A stretch of 64,000 nucleotides of DNA from Dendrobates tinctorius. Lineage: Eukaryota. The stretch covers positions 65,596,001 through 65,660,000 of the forward strand of contig NW_027361754.1 in the NCBI RefSeq assembly GCF_039654945.1, in the 5' to 3' direction. The notes below the pieces were generated by a model. The model had not been told where the DNA came from, ran no database searches, and saw only the letters and a list, made by a program, of their open reading frames with translations. A program made the translations under genes and the position numbers. Below are positions 47,204 to 60,000 of this stretch, one piece after another. How positions within the stretch are numbered: the first letter of the stretch is position 1; every line of letters starts with the position of its first letter.

Positions 47204-48690
47204 TCATGCTGATGTAGAACGTCCAGATCTAGATCTGGACGGTCTGCCCTGGGAAGAGTGGGATCGCCAGGAAGGAGTGGGTCTGAAAGAAACTTTCTTC
47301 CTATCCTGGCGTGCCTGCGGTCTCTGTTGATTGGAGGAGTTGTCCGCCGTATTGAAACGGCGGAAAGTCCGAAAGGGTCGAAACTGACACCTTAGTGGAG
47401 GTCTGCGAGGCTTGGACTGAGGGAGGAGTGAACTCGTGCCTCCGGTGGTGTCCTTAATAATCTGGTCCAATTGGGACCCAAAAAGGCGCACCCCTTGAAA
47501 AGGCAGGTTAGTGAGGGACTTTTTAGAAGACAAGTCCGCTTGCCAGGCCTTTAGCCAAATAGTACGTCGAATTGCAACTACGTTGCTTGACGCCTGAACT
47601 GCGCAGGATGCTGCATCCAAGGAAGCGGAAAGAAGATAGTCCCCCGCATGGGAGATCTGATTGGCGAGATCGGCCAAACGCTCCGGTTGCGCCTTATCTA
47701 GGATGCCCTGACGGAGGTCGTCTGCCCACATCGCTATGGCTTTTGCTGCCCAGGATGAAGCAAAGATTGGACATACCGCCGCTGAAGCTGCTTCGAAAGC
47801 AGACTTTGCCAGGGATTCTATAATCCTGTCATTAGAATCTTTTAGGGACGCCACGCCTGAAAGCGGGAGAACAGTGTTATTGGAAAGCCTGGACACGGGC
47901 GGATCCACCGAGGGAGAAACAGACCAGTTGTCCGTGAGCTCCTTAGCAAACGGATAGAGTACGCCGAGACGCTTCCCTCTTTGAAAGCGTCTGGTCGGAT
48001 CTTCTCTTTTCCTGGTAAAAATCTTTCCAAACTCGGATAGGAAAGGAAATACCCTGGAGGGAGTTTCTGCCCGTCTGAATGAAACCTCCTGATCTGAGGA
48101 TTTCACAGGGGATTCAGCAATATCGAAGGTATGATGGATCGCTGCAATGAGGTTCTGCACTGTGACCTTCATGTTCGCATCCTGGTCTGAATCCAGCTCT
48201 AAAATCCCCTCAGATGACCTGTCCGAAAACGCTTCACCTGACTCGGGAGAGGAGGCCCGAGAGGGAGGTTGCTGAGACGGGCTATGCGGTGAGATGGGGC
48301 TAGGAGAGGATTCCGGCTGGGGATCTCGCCTGGGTCGTTTGCGACTAACGCTGGCTGACTCAGATGGAATCTCTTGGGACCTGCTGGGCCCTGCCAAAGT
48401 GTCCAGGGGCAACTTATCCAGAACGGCAACTAGGGATTGAGACACCTTGGTGAGGTCTGCCACTGATTGAGATAGAGAGGAGGCCCAGCCAGGCATGAGG
48501 GGTTCACTCTCACCTGGGGCCGTAGATGGCTCCTGGGCGGCGTCCGACTGAATTGGATTGCTACAATCCAGACAGAGGGGAGAGGACTAACCTGAGGGAA
48601 GTTTGCGATTGCACGAAGAACATGCAAAGAACTTGACTAGGGTGCAGGGAGGGCCATAGAGCGGGTACGATCAGATTTCGAGTTAGACAT
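47204..48690 (-). CDS. DIRS-C Gag-like ORF; the N-terminal CxxC..CxxC segment carries a frameshift and a stop
   Basis: 430-aa open frame 48496-47204 (W..P.VDPPVSRL, RR..WL..W.AD, LPFQG..LFG..LD). Upstream ATG at 48690 followed by FACSSCNRKLPSG*SSPLCLDC. Confidence 0.85.
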
Positions 48691-50532
48691 AATGAAAACC
48701 TGAGGTAGTGCCGGAAGGTTGGGGGACAGAAGGCGGAGAAGGGTCAGTCTGCAGTGCAGAGCTACTCACGGACCGGTGTCCCCAAAGCACAGGCTGCTGG
48801 ATATCCGGAGATGTGCGTCCGGCTGACAGGCTGTGAAGATGGTGCCTGCCTGTAGAGAAGCGAGCGTCCAGGAGAAGGGGAAGGGCGGAGCTCGCCGCAG
48901 GGTTACCCAATCGCTGCCCTCTGGCCATAACAGGCTGAGCAGGAGAAGGAAAGGCGGGGGGAGGGCCTGGGGAGAGCGGGAGAAAAGCCCGCTTAGAAGA
49001 AAGGGGCGGGGGGCGTGGCCGCGACGCTGCGGTAGGCCCGAACAGAAGTCGGGGCCTAAATTAGTTGCGGCGGCCGCCTGTCAGCAGGGGGTCGGCGCAG
49101 AGGTTGGGACAAGGACGCCGCCGCTGGAAGCCGCTTCCCAGCATGGAAGAAGGGGAGGGAGAGGCCCTGTGCTCTCTGTCCCCAGAAAGGGGGGAGGGAA
49201 GGGGAATAGCGGAGGGCAGCAATATAAGGATGATGTGCCCGTAGGGTGGCTGCGGAGAACCGCAGCGCCCGCATCCCTGTGCCAATGAAGAGGACCCCCT
49301 GTCCGTCGGGAATGGGCAGCCAGGTAAAATAAAAAAGGCCATACTCACCCATCCCCGATCCATTACCTGGATTGAAGAGCTCCTGTGTCTCCTCCAACCG
49401 ACAGGCTCTGGGAGGTGAGTGAGTGGGAGACTGGCGACAAGGACCCCTGGAGTCGCTGGCACGTCTTGGTGTCGGCGTCCGTCTGGGCTGCTGGTCCTGT
49501 CGCGGAGAACTGCAAGGATACGAGGTGGCAATACACGCCGTACTCGCAGACTCCATGTGGGAGTACAGATGTGACTGTTCACTCTGTATCCCTCCGTAGA
49601 ACCTGTAAAGGAACGACGCACGACGAGGTAGATATGGGTCTAATGAAAGACCCGTGTCCACCTCCTACTGACACTAAGCTAAACTGAGGAAATCCCTGCC
49701 GGTCGGTGGGGTGTACACTGCGGAGGAGGAGCTAACCTTTTTTTGCATAGTGTCAGCCTCCTAGTGGCAGCAGCATACACCCATGGTCTCTGTGTCCCCC
49801 AATAAGGCGAACGAGAAAGTACCGTAATACATAGTTTGCACTTTATGATTACCACATCTTACAGCAAAAGTTTTCACAACCCTTAAATTACTTCTTTGTC
49901 CGTGATATATGGGGGATGGTTTAACTTTTTAAAGCTAGCAGTTAGCCAGCCCCCTTCACAAGCAGCTTTGGCAATGGATTGGAGCTAAGGATCAAGGCAT
50001 AGTTTAGACATGAAGTATATTAGTTTCCTGCATAAATTCTAGGTAATCGTGCACAGACCGTACTGATCACAGCCTCTCGCATTAAGACTGCAGGAAGAGT
50101 ATTCATAGGCGTCAATGAGAGACTTCCATCTAAACGTCTTTCTCATGGTTTATGCCATGATTATTGGTTGCGTGCACATGGCTTAGTTATATGAACTCTT
50201 CATTCTAGTCTAAGTCATGAATATTAAAGTATATTCACTTACATCGGGTGTCAGATCTTCCCCCATTTTGTAGGGGAAAACCAAGGAACCTGACATTTTC
50301 TTTAGGAACCTTTTCCTAACAGCAAAATGCCAAAGATAGTGTAGAAACATCTACAGCATGTTGGATGGTCAGGAATAACCCCAAAACTGGACGTGAAGCA
50401 GAGCATTACTGGGGGGGTCCGAGACCAGACATCCAAAGTTCAATGCAATCTGCAATACCCCTCACAACAGAGGTACACCATAGTAGTCCCCTACTTTATA
50501 CTAGGCCTGGAGTATCAGTACTAGGATGGCGG

Positions 50533-53203
50533 CTAATTGACTTCATTCCCTTTCATAAATTGCGTGTGACGCAAGGTCAGATCCTTGATGATCTTTTCTT
50601 CAATCTCCACCCCGGAGCTGTCTTCTTCATCAGATACGGACAGTTTTGACTCTTCTGTGCTGGTCACGACCACCACATACGCTCTCCGCGTGTCTAGGAT
50701 ATTTGCCACCACCACCTGATGCCGGTAAGTCTCCAACGCTTTCCGCGCTTTCTCAATTAGGATTTCTGTATCAGTTTCTAACTTAAAAGAAATAACAAAG
50801 GCTTTAGGAGCCCAGTCCTTCACCAAAGGGGACAGCATTTTGGGAACCATCTTCATTGTGATCTGAAATTTAGAGAAAAAAAAAATGCACCGGTATTACA
50901 GACTGATTAACATGTAACTAAACTGGGGTAAGCCAACCAGTGGCTTCTATGGCAAATAACTGGGATACATGAACTACATTTCAATTGCAGACTTATTCAA
51001 AGAGTATAAATAGACAACAATCCAAGCTCGTTGCAAAAAGTTGTATTAGTTCAACATGCGACACTTCACATAGAACATTAGCCTTTCTGCGTGCTTGGAC
51101 ACCACCTAGAACATTAGCCTTTCTGCGTACTTGGACTTTTCACCTAGAACATTAGCCTTTCTGCGTGCTTGGACACTTCACCTAGAACATTAGCCTTTCT
51201 GCATGCTTGGACACCACCTAGAACATTAGCCTTTCTGCGTACTTGGACTTTTCACCTAGAACATTAGCCTTTCTGCGTGCTTGGACACTTCACCTAGAAC
51301 ATTAGCCTTTCTGCGTGCTTGGACACCACCTAGAACATTAGCCTTTCTGCGTGCTTGGACACCACCTAGAACATTAGCCTTTCTGCGTGCTTGGACTTTT
51401 CACCTAGAACATTAGCCTTTCTGCGTGCTTGGACACTTCACCTAGAACATTAGCCTTTCTGCGTGCTTGGACTTTTCACCTAGAACATTAGCCTTTCTGC
51501 GTGCTTGGACACTTCACCTAGAACATTAGCCTTTCTGCGTGCTTGGACATTTCACCTAGAACATTAGCCTTTCTGCGTGCTTGGACACTTCACCTAGAAC
51601 ATTAGCCTTTCTGCGTGCTTGGACTTTTCACCTAGAACATTAGCCTTTCTGCGTGCTTGGACTTTTCACCTAGAACATTAGCCTTTCTGCATGCTTGAGA
51701 AAGGCCAATGTTCTATCCAGATCATCGCACGCTGGACTAATGTACTTTTTTGCAACATACTGGAGTGTTATCTCCTGCTTACAATATTTCTGCTCTTGTA
51801 TGGTTCACAAGCCAGGACTTGGAGTTCTGTTTGTCCTGCTAACTTTATTAAATGGATTTTCAGGTCTAAAGATAACACCTATCCACGAGATTTGTAATAA
51901 TTGTTAGATCGATGGAGTTTCACCCACCTTTCTCCCCTTGTCACAAAACCATGACCATGGGCGACAACCGAACAATTGATCGTGCATGCGCCCCGCAGTT
52001 CCATCTAAGGCTATGGTACTAAAAATGGTACATGCGCCACTCTCTACCATGGACGTAACTGGAGCAGCAGGGCACATGCATGCTGAGATCATACAACAGG
52101 GGACACAAGTCCCCTAATTTAGAGACTGGTGGTGGGGTCCCAGTGTTGGGAGATAATATTTTTTGGGCATTTTGAATTGAAGCACCTGTAAGGGACCACT
52201 GGATGACTGGATCTTGTGCTCCGGTATCTCCGACGCTGGGATGTAGAAGTCAGATACCGCCGCAGCCAGGTAGAACATAGCGCTGGATCCTGGTGGGAAA
52301 GAAGCATTGGATGGTATTCTACAGATATGTAACATGGCAGCTAAAGCTCAACTATCAGTTATCATACGAAACGCAACCCAAAAACCATTCCGAAGCCCCA
52401 TTTCTAGTTGGCACCTATCATAATCCGCACTTCTAGAATGGCTTTATCCAAAAGCAGTGTGTGGCTCTCCACCTTCGGATGAAATATTAGTCACTCATCT
52501 ACATTACCATTATCAGACCATATACTGGGGCTGTGTACAGTACACACACAAGACCCCATTGATGTGAAGCCTGCAATAATAGGGAACGCTAGGACCTCCA
52601 GAGAAGATAGAATGGGGGTCCCCAGCTTCAGAGTGCCCCCATATCCCATACACAGGGGCTGCTCTCGCACACACCTAGAGGGCTGAGCGCCTGGGCAGCG
52701 GCCAGCAGCAGGTGCAGGTAGTCGGACAGGGTGCTGAAGTCGATGGGCAGCAGTCTGCCGGACTCCTTCATGCTGTTGTAGTCCTGGAGGATCTGCACGA
52801 TCCCGGGCAGCAGGCTCTGCTCAGCCTCCACTCTGGGAGCGTTATCCCCGGGGGCGCTAGGAAGGTGCAGCCGTAAGACATCCAGCCAGTTGGTGGCAGC
52901 ATAGCGCCGGCTGTACGGGTACATGGAGCGGTGTCTGTGCAGGAAGATCACAGCGTAGCCAGCCTGCAGGAAGTACTCTGCCGATGCTGCCCCCCTGCGG
53001 CCGCTGCTGAAATTATCCAGGAAGCGCACAGTGCGGGATTCCAGCGGGACCTTGGTGCCTCCGGAGGTGATTAGCACCACTCTGCGCCCCTCAGCGTGGT
53101 GACCCCGGGCAAATGCTTCCATTGCCCGGGCGGCGTCCTCCACCGGTGCCTGTGGGGGAGCAAAGTCCTGGCGGATCTGTTCTGTGGGGCTGGGCTCGGC
53201 CAT
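50533..53203 (-). CDS. PPCS: Phosphopantothenate--cysteine ligase; 3 exons (53203-52675, 52289-52186, 50862-50533), 320 aa
   Basis: [79 protein letters not shown] introns; 529+104+330 = 963 nt. Confidence 0.97.
51067..51697. repeat. 36-38-bp minisatellite (CACCTAGAACATTAGCCTTTCTGCGTGCTTGGAC-AC/ACTT/TTTT) in PPCS intron 2
   Basis: About 17 direct tandem units. Confidence 0.95.
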
Positions 53204-53239
53204 GGTGTGCGCGTCTTAAGGGGAACTTCAGGGCAGAGC

Positions 53240-53345
53240 TGTCACTAGTATGCGGCGGCTTTGGGTGACGTCACGTCCGCCCGCGTTGGGAGTGCAGGGG
53301 CGCCATCTTGGAATAGGGCATTTCGAGGGGAGAAGGGTAAAGTAT
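53240..53345. promoter_or_regulatory. PPCS promoter, probably bidirectional
   Basis: CpG-rich. Full CRE TGACGTCA 53266-53273, YY1 CGCCATCTTG 53301-53310, plus-strand donor-like AGG|GTAAAGT near 53337. Confidence 0.6.
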
Positions 53346-53657
53346 GAAAGCTCCCGTGGGACGACCACCAGTGCGCCGCGTGTTTGTGAAAAGCTGTAGG
53401 GGAATGTTCTCTATTGGAGCCGAGACCTTGTTTCATTTTAGTGGGGGTGGTCTGGGGTCTTTATTGAGGGGGTCTGAAGTAACTCATGGTCTGGATTTCT
53501 TAGAGGGTCTTTTCCGAGAACTGTATTTGTCTTATTACTTGACTCTGAGACCAACTCCTCTTCTCTATATTCAGTGCCGGTCTGTAGGATATCACAATGA
53601 ATCGCCTGCAATGGTGTCATTTTGTATGAAATGGAATTCTCATTTTCTTCTGCTCAG

Positions 53658-53895
53658 ATAATAATAATAATAATCTTTATTTTTATATAGCGCTAACATA
53701 TTCCGCAGCGCTTTACAGTTTGCACACATTATCATCACTGTCCCCGATGGGGCTCACAATCTAAATTCTCTATCAGTATGTCTTTGGAATGTGGGAGGAA
53801 ACCGGAGAACCAGGAGGAAACACGGGGAGAACATACAAACTCCTTGCAGATGTCGAACCCAGGAACCCAGGGCTGCAAGGCTGCAGTGCTGCCCA
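53658..53895 (-). mobile_element. V-SINE-like SINE with L2-type tail
   Basis: Reverse complement of the SINE body at 37735; 3' end CTGTAAAGCGCTGCGGAATATG...AATAAAGATTATTATT resembles L2 tails. Confidence 0.75.
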
Positions 53896-54239
53896 ATATG
53901 AGACCACTGCATCCGATCAGCAGCCACTGATTGGCTGTGGCACCTTAGCTGGATGTTGGTCCCAACAGACCGACGGGGAACACGTTACTGAGTATGGAGG
54001 AGCAGTTCCGGTCCAGAAGGTGAACGTCAATTTATTTTATTTTTTTTTCTCCCTCCTGAACCCATTAGTAAGGAGTTTCCAGCATTGAACAACCCCTTTA
54101 AGGATTTTTTACTGTGTGCTTTTGGAAAAAAAAAGTTAAAGTAACCTATTTTAATAGGTGCAAAAAATTGGCCACATCTAAAGCTCATCATCATGAGAAT
54201 GTAGCCTGAGAGGTGGCCAAGATGTATTATAGCAGCCAG

Positions 54240-54962
54240 GATCATATTCCTCACCAATCGTTACACCGATGCCTCTACCTTGTGCCAGTCATTACACTGG
54301 CTACCCATCCACTCCAGAATTCAGTGTAAACTTATTACCCTCACCCACAAATCCCTCCATGCCTCAGCACCATCCTACATCTCCTCCCTCGTCTCAGTCC
54401 ACCACCCTACCCGTGCTCTCCGTTCTGCTGATGACCTGAGGTTGGCATCCTCAATAATCAGAACCTCCCATTCCCGTCTCCAAGACTATACACGTGCTGC
54501 GCCAATTCTTTGGAATGCACTTCCCAGGTCAATACGATTAGTCCCCAATCCCTACAATTTTAAGCGTGCCCTGAAAACGCATTTATTCAGACTGGCCTAT
54601 CGTCTCAACACATTAACCTAATCTATCCCTGTGTGGCACAGCCAAAAGTTTTACCATAACCAGGTTCCCCGCATCATGTTCCCACATGCTTTATGCATCC
54701 ATTAGCCCTCTGTGTCTGTACTGTTACACACTTAACATTATGGCTGGTCCATACAATCAGGGCAATTGTTACCACCCACCTTTCGTGTCTACCTCTTTCC
54801 TCATAGACTGTAAGCTTGCGAGCAGCGCCCTCATTCCTCTTGGTATCTGTTATAATCTATGTGATTATTGTTATGCTGTAATGTCTATTGTCTACAAATC
54901 CCCTCCGAAATGTAAAGTGCTGCGGAATATGTCGGCGCTATAGAAATAAAATTTATTATTAT
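54240..54962 (+). mobile_element. L2-clade LINE 3' fragment
   Basis: LHWLPIHSRIQCKL...LWNALP..FKRALKTHLF, 3' UTR, and AATAAAATTTATTATT tail. Confidence 0.88.
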
Positions 54963-55094
54963 ATGGGGTATCTGGTCAGAGGTCTGAATTTATTAAGGGT
55001 AACTAAGGGCTGGGGGTCTTGTGATCTTTATGGAGATCTTGTCTGGTGTCTGCATTATGGGGGATCCAGTCTGATCTGGTGGTCTGTAAGTGGT

Positions 55095-57015
55095 CTGGCC
55101 ATCCTGTCTGTATGTAAGGGGGTCTGGGCTCTCTATAGTAAAGGCTGTCCTGTCTGTATGTAAGAGGGTCTGGGCTCTCTATAGTAAAGGCTGTCCTGTC
55201 TGGATGTAAGGGGGTCTGGGCTCTCTATAGTAAAGGCCATCCTGTCTGGATGTTAGGGGGTCTGAGCTCTCTATAGTAAAGGCCGTCCTGTCTGGATGTA
55301 AGGGGGTCTGGGCTCTCTATAAAGGCCGTCCTGTCTCAATGTTAGGGGGTCTGGGCTCTCTATAGTAAAGGCTGTCCTGTCTGGATGTAAGGGGGTCTGA
55401 GCTCTCTATAGTAAAGACTGTCCTGTCTGGATGTAAGGGGGTCTGAGCTCTCTATAGTAAAGGCTGTCCTGTCTGGATGTTAGGGGGTCTGGGCTCTCTA
55501 TAGTAAAGGCTGTCCTGTCTGGATGTAAGGTGGTCTGGGCTCTCTATAGTAAAGGCCGTCCTGTCTGGATGTAAGGTGGTCTGGGCTCTCTATAGTAAAG
55601 GCTATCCTGTCTGGATGTAAGGGGGTCTGGGCTCTCTATAGTAAAGGCTGTCCTGTCTGGATGTAAGAGGGTCTGGGCTCTCTATAGTAAAGGCTATCCT
55701 GTCTGGATGTAAGGGGGTCTGCGCTCTCTATAGTAAAGGCTGTCCTGTCTGGATGTAAGGGGGTCTGGGCTCTCTATAGTAAAGGCTGTCCTGTCTGGAT
55801 GTAAGGGGGTCTGGGCTCTCTATAGTAAAGGCTGTCCTGTCTGGATGTAAGGGGGTCTGGGCTCTCTATAGTAAAGGCTATCTTGTCTGGATGTAAGGGG
55901 GTCTGGGCTCTCTATAGTAAAGGCTGTCCTGTCTGGATGTAAGGGGGTCTGGGCTCTCTATAGTAAAGGCTGTCCTGTCTGGATGTAAGGGGGTCTGAGC
56001 TCTCTATAGTAAAGGCCGTCCTGTCTGGATGTAAGGGGGGTCTGGACTCTCTATAGTAAAGGCTATCCTGTCTGGATGTGAGGGGGTCTGGGCTCTCTAT
56101 AGTAAAGGCTATCCTGTCTGGATGTGAGGGGGTCTGGGCTCTCTATAGTAAAGGCTATCCTGTCTGGATGTAAGGGGGTCTGGGCTCTCTATAGTAAAGG
56201 CTGTCCTGTCTGGATGTAAGGGGGTCTGGGCTCTCTATAGTAAAGGCTGTCCTGTCTGGATGTAAGGGGGTCTGGGCTCTCTATAGTAAAGGCTATCTTG
56301 TCTGGATGTAAGGGGGTCTGGGCTCTCTATAGTAAAGGCTGTCCTGTCTGGATGTAAGGGGGTCTGGGCTCTCTATAGTAAAGGCTGTCCTGTCTGGATG
56401 TAAGGGGGTCTGAGCTCTCTATAGTAAAGGCCGTCCTGTCTGGATGTAAGGGGGGTCTGGACTCTCTATAGTAAAGGCTATCCTGTCTGGATGTGAGGGG
56501 GTCTGGGCTCTCTATAGTAAAGGCTATCCTGTCTGGATGTGAGGGGGTCTGGGCTCTCTATAGTAAAGGCTATCCTGTCTGGATGTAAGGTGGTCTGGGC
56601 TCTCTATAGTAAAGGCAGTCCTGTCTGGATGTAAGGGGGTCTGAGCTCTCTATAGTAAAGGCTATCCTGTCTGGATGTGAGGGGGTCTGGGCTCTCTATA
56701 GTAAAGGCTATCTTGTCTGGATGTAAGGTGGTCTGGGCTCTCTATAGTAAAGGCCGTCCTGTCTGGATGTAAGGGGGTCTGGGCTCTCTATAGTAAAGGC
56801 CGTCCTGTCTGGATGTAAGGGGGTCTGGGCTCTCTATAGTAAAGGCTGTCCTGTCTGGATGTAAGGGGGTCTGGGCTCTCTATAGTAAAGGCTGCCTGTC
56901 TGGATGTAAGGGGGTTTGGGCTCTCTATAGTAAAGGCTATCCTGTCTGGATGTAAGGGGGTCTGGGCTCTCTGTAGTAAAGGCCATCCTGTCTGGATGTA
57001 AGGAGGTCTGGGCTC
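55095..57015. repeat. 46-bp minisatellite (GGGCTCTCTATAGTAAAGGCTGTCCTGTCTGGATGTAAGGGGGTCT), left block
   Basis: About 41 direct tandem units. Confidence 0.97.
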
Positions 57016-60000
57016 ATTTTTACAACACCATTTTATTTTTAGGACCACATCACATTTGAAGCCACTTTGAGGGGTCTATATGATAGAAAATACCCAAAAG
57101 TGACACCATTCTAAAAACTGCACCCCTTAAGGTGCTCAAAACCACATTCAAGAAGTTTATTAACCCTTTAGGTGCGTCACAGGAATTTTTTTGAATATTT
57201 AAAAAAAAATGAACATCTAACTTTTTTTCACAAAAAAAAATACTTCAGGTTCAATTTTTTTTATTTTACCAAGGGTAACAGGAGAAATTGGACTGCAAAA
57301 GTCATTGTGCAATTTGTCCTGACTACGCTGATACCTGATTTGTGGGGGGGAACGACTGTTTCGGCACATGGCAGAGCTCAGAATGGAAGGAGCGCCGTTT
57401 GACTTTTTCAATGCAAAATTGGCTGGAATTCAGATCGGACGCCATGTCACGTTTGGAGAGTCCCTGATGTACCTAAACAGTGGAAACCCCCTACAAGTGA
57501 CCCCATTTTGGAACCTAGACCCCCCAAGGAACTTATCTAGATATGTGGTGAGAACTTTGAACCCACAAGGGCTTTACAGAAGTTTATAACGTACAGCGGT
57601 ACAATTAAAAAATCATATTTTTTCCCCAAAAATGATCTTTTCACCCCAATTTTTATTTTCCCAAGGGTAACAGGACCCTAAAAGTTATTGTGCAATTTGT
57701 CCTGAGTATGCTGATACCCCAGATGTGGGGGTAAACCACTATTTTGGCGCATGGCAGAGCTCGGAAGGGAAGCAGCGCCATTTGACGTTTTTGGCTGGAA
57801 TTGAGATCTGACACCATGTCGCGATTGGAAAACCCCTGATGTACCTAAACAGTGGAAACCCCCGACAAATGACACCATTTTGGAAACTAGACCCTCTAAG
57901 GAACTTATCTAGATGTGTGGTGAGAACTTTGAACCCCCAAGGGCTTCACAGAAGTTTATAACATAAAGCTGTACAATTAAAAAATCATATTTTTTCCACA
58001 AAAATGATCTTTTCACCCTCAATTCTTATTTTTCCAAGGGTAACAGCACCCTAAAAGTTATTGTGGAATTTGTCCTGAGTACGCTGATACCCCACATGTG
58101 GGGGTAAACCACTATTTGGGCGCATGGCAGAGCTCGGAAGGGAAGCAGCGCCATTTGACGTTTTTGGCTGGAATTGAGATCTGACACCATGTCGCGATTG
58201 GAAAACCCCTGATGTACCTAAACAGTGGAAGCCCCCCAAAAATGACACCATTTTGGAAACTAGACCCCCCACGGAACTTATCTAGATGTGTGGTGAGCAC
58301 TTTGAACCCCCCAGTGCTTCACAGAAGTTTATAACGCCCGGGAGTGAAAATAAAAAAATTCATATTTTTTCCACAAACATGATCTTTTTAGTCACCATTT
58401 TTTTTATTTTCCCAAGGGTAACAGGAGAAATTGTTGTCCAATTTGTCCTGAGTATGCTGATACCCCGTATGTGGGAGAAAACTACTGTATGGGCACATGT
58501 CGGGTCTCGGAAGGGAAGTAGTGACATTTTGGAATGCAGACATTGATGGAATGGTCTGCCGCTGTCATGTTGCCTTTGGAGAGCCCCTAATGTACCTAAA
58601 CAGTGGAAACCCCCCACAAATGACCCCATTTTGAAAACTAGACCCCCTAAGGAACTTATCTAGATGTGAGGTGAGCACTTTGAACCCCCAAGGGCTTCAC
58701 AGAAGTTTATAATGCCAGGGCATGAAAATAAAAAAATCGTATTTTTTCCACAAACATGATCAATTAGTCCCCAATTTTTTTATTTTCCCAAGGGTAACAG
58801 GAGTAATTGAACCCCAAAAGTTGTTGTCCAATTTGTCCTGAGTACGCTGACACCCCAAATGTGGGAGAAAACTACTGTATGGACACACGTCAGGGCTCGG
58901 AAGGGAAGTAGTGACGTTTTGGAATGCAGACTTTGATGGAATGGTCTGCGGGTGTCATGTTGCCTTTGGAGAGCCCCTAATGTACCTAAACAGTGGAAAC
59001 ACCCACAAATGACCCCATTTTGGAAACGAGAACCCCTAAGGAACTTATCTAGATGTCTGGTGAGCACTTTGAACCCCCAAGGGCTTCACAGAAGTTTATA
59101 ATGCCCGGGCATGAAAATAAAAAAATCGTATTTTTTCCACAAACATGATCAATTAGTCCCCAATTTTTTCATTTTCCCAAGGGTAACAGGAGAAATTGGA
59201 CCCCAAAAGTTGTTGTCCAATTTGTCATGAGTACGCTGACACCCCATATGTGGGAGAAAACTACTGTATGGACACACGTCAGGGCTCGGAAGGGAAGCAG
59301 TGACGTTTTGGAATGCAGACTTTGATGGAATGGTCTGCGGGTGTCATGTGCGTTTGGAGAGCCCCTGATGTACCTAAACTATTGAAACTCCCCACAAGTG
59401 ACCCCATTTTGGACACTAGACCCCCCCACAGAACTTATCTAGATGTGTGGTGAGCACTTTGAACCCCCAAGTGCTTCACAGAAGTTTTTAACGCTCGGAC
59501 GTGAAAATAAAAAAAATAATTTTTTTCCACAAAAATGATATTTTTGCCCCCAATTTTTTATTTTCCTAAGGGTAACAGGAGAAATTGGACCCCAAAAATT
59601 GTTTTGCAATTTGTCCTGAGTAGGCTGATACCCTACATGTGGGGGTAAAACACTGTTTGGGCGCATGGCAGAGCTTGGAAGGGAAGGAGCACCATATGAC
59701 TTTTTCAACTCAGAATTGGCTGGAATTGAGATCAGACGCCATGTTGCATTTGGAGAGCCCCTGATGTGCCCAAACAGTGGAAACCCCCAATTATAACTCC
59801 AACCCGAACCCCAACACACCCCTAACCCTAATCTCAGCCCTAACCCTAGCCCTAACGGAAAAATGGAAATAAATACATTTTTTTTATTTTATTATTTTTC
59901 TCTAACTAAGGGGGTGATAACGGGGGGTTTGATTCACTATTTATGGCGGTTTTTATGTTTGGCAGCTGTCACACGCTAAAAGACGCTTTTTATTGTAAAA

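Larger units (their letters stand above)
43858..49818 (-). mobile_element. Near-intact full-length DIRS retrotransposon, family C
   Basis: TTT termini. ~120-bp ITRs (43910-44030 and 49682-49802) are nearly identical. ICR 44141-44232 reproduces the circle junction AATCCTG-TTTT-CTCGTTCGCC. Carries gag, RT/RH/MT and YR ORFs. Confidence 0.97.

Noticed and set aside
49056-49661. 201-aa and 186-aa ORFs in the DIRS-C leader
   Set aside because: Non-ATG starts, GC-rich low-complexity translation and no counterpart in family A or B leaders.
19793-49818. Hammerhead, twister or HDV ribozymes in DIRS leaders
   Set aside because: No CUGANGA..GAAA core with flanking stems or other recognisable consensus found by eye; an Infernal search would be needed to exclude them.
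53344-53661. 105-aa ORF as ZMYND12 exon 1
   Set aside because: No CxxC MYND pattern or other recognisable similarity.
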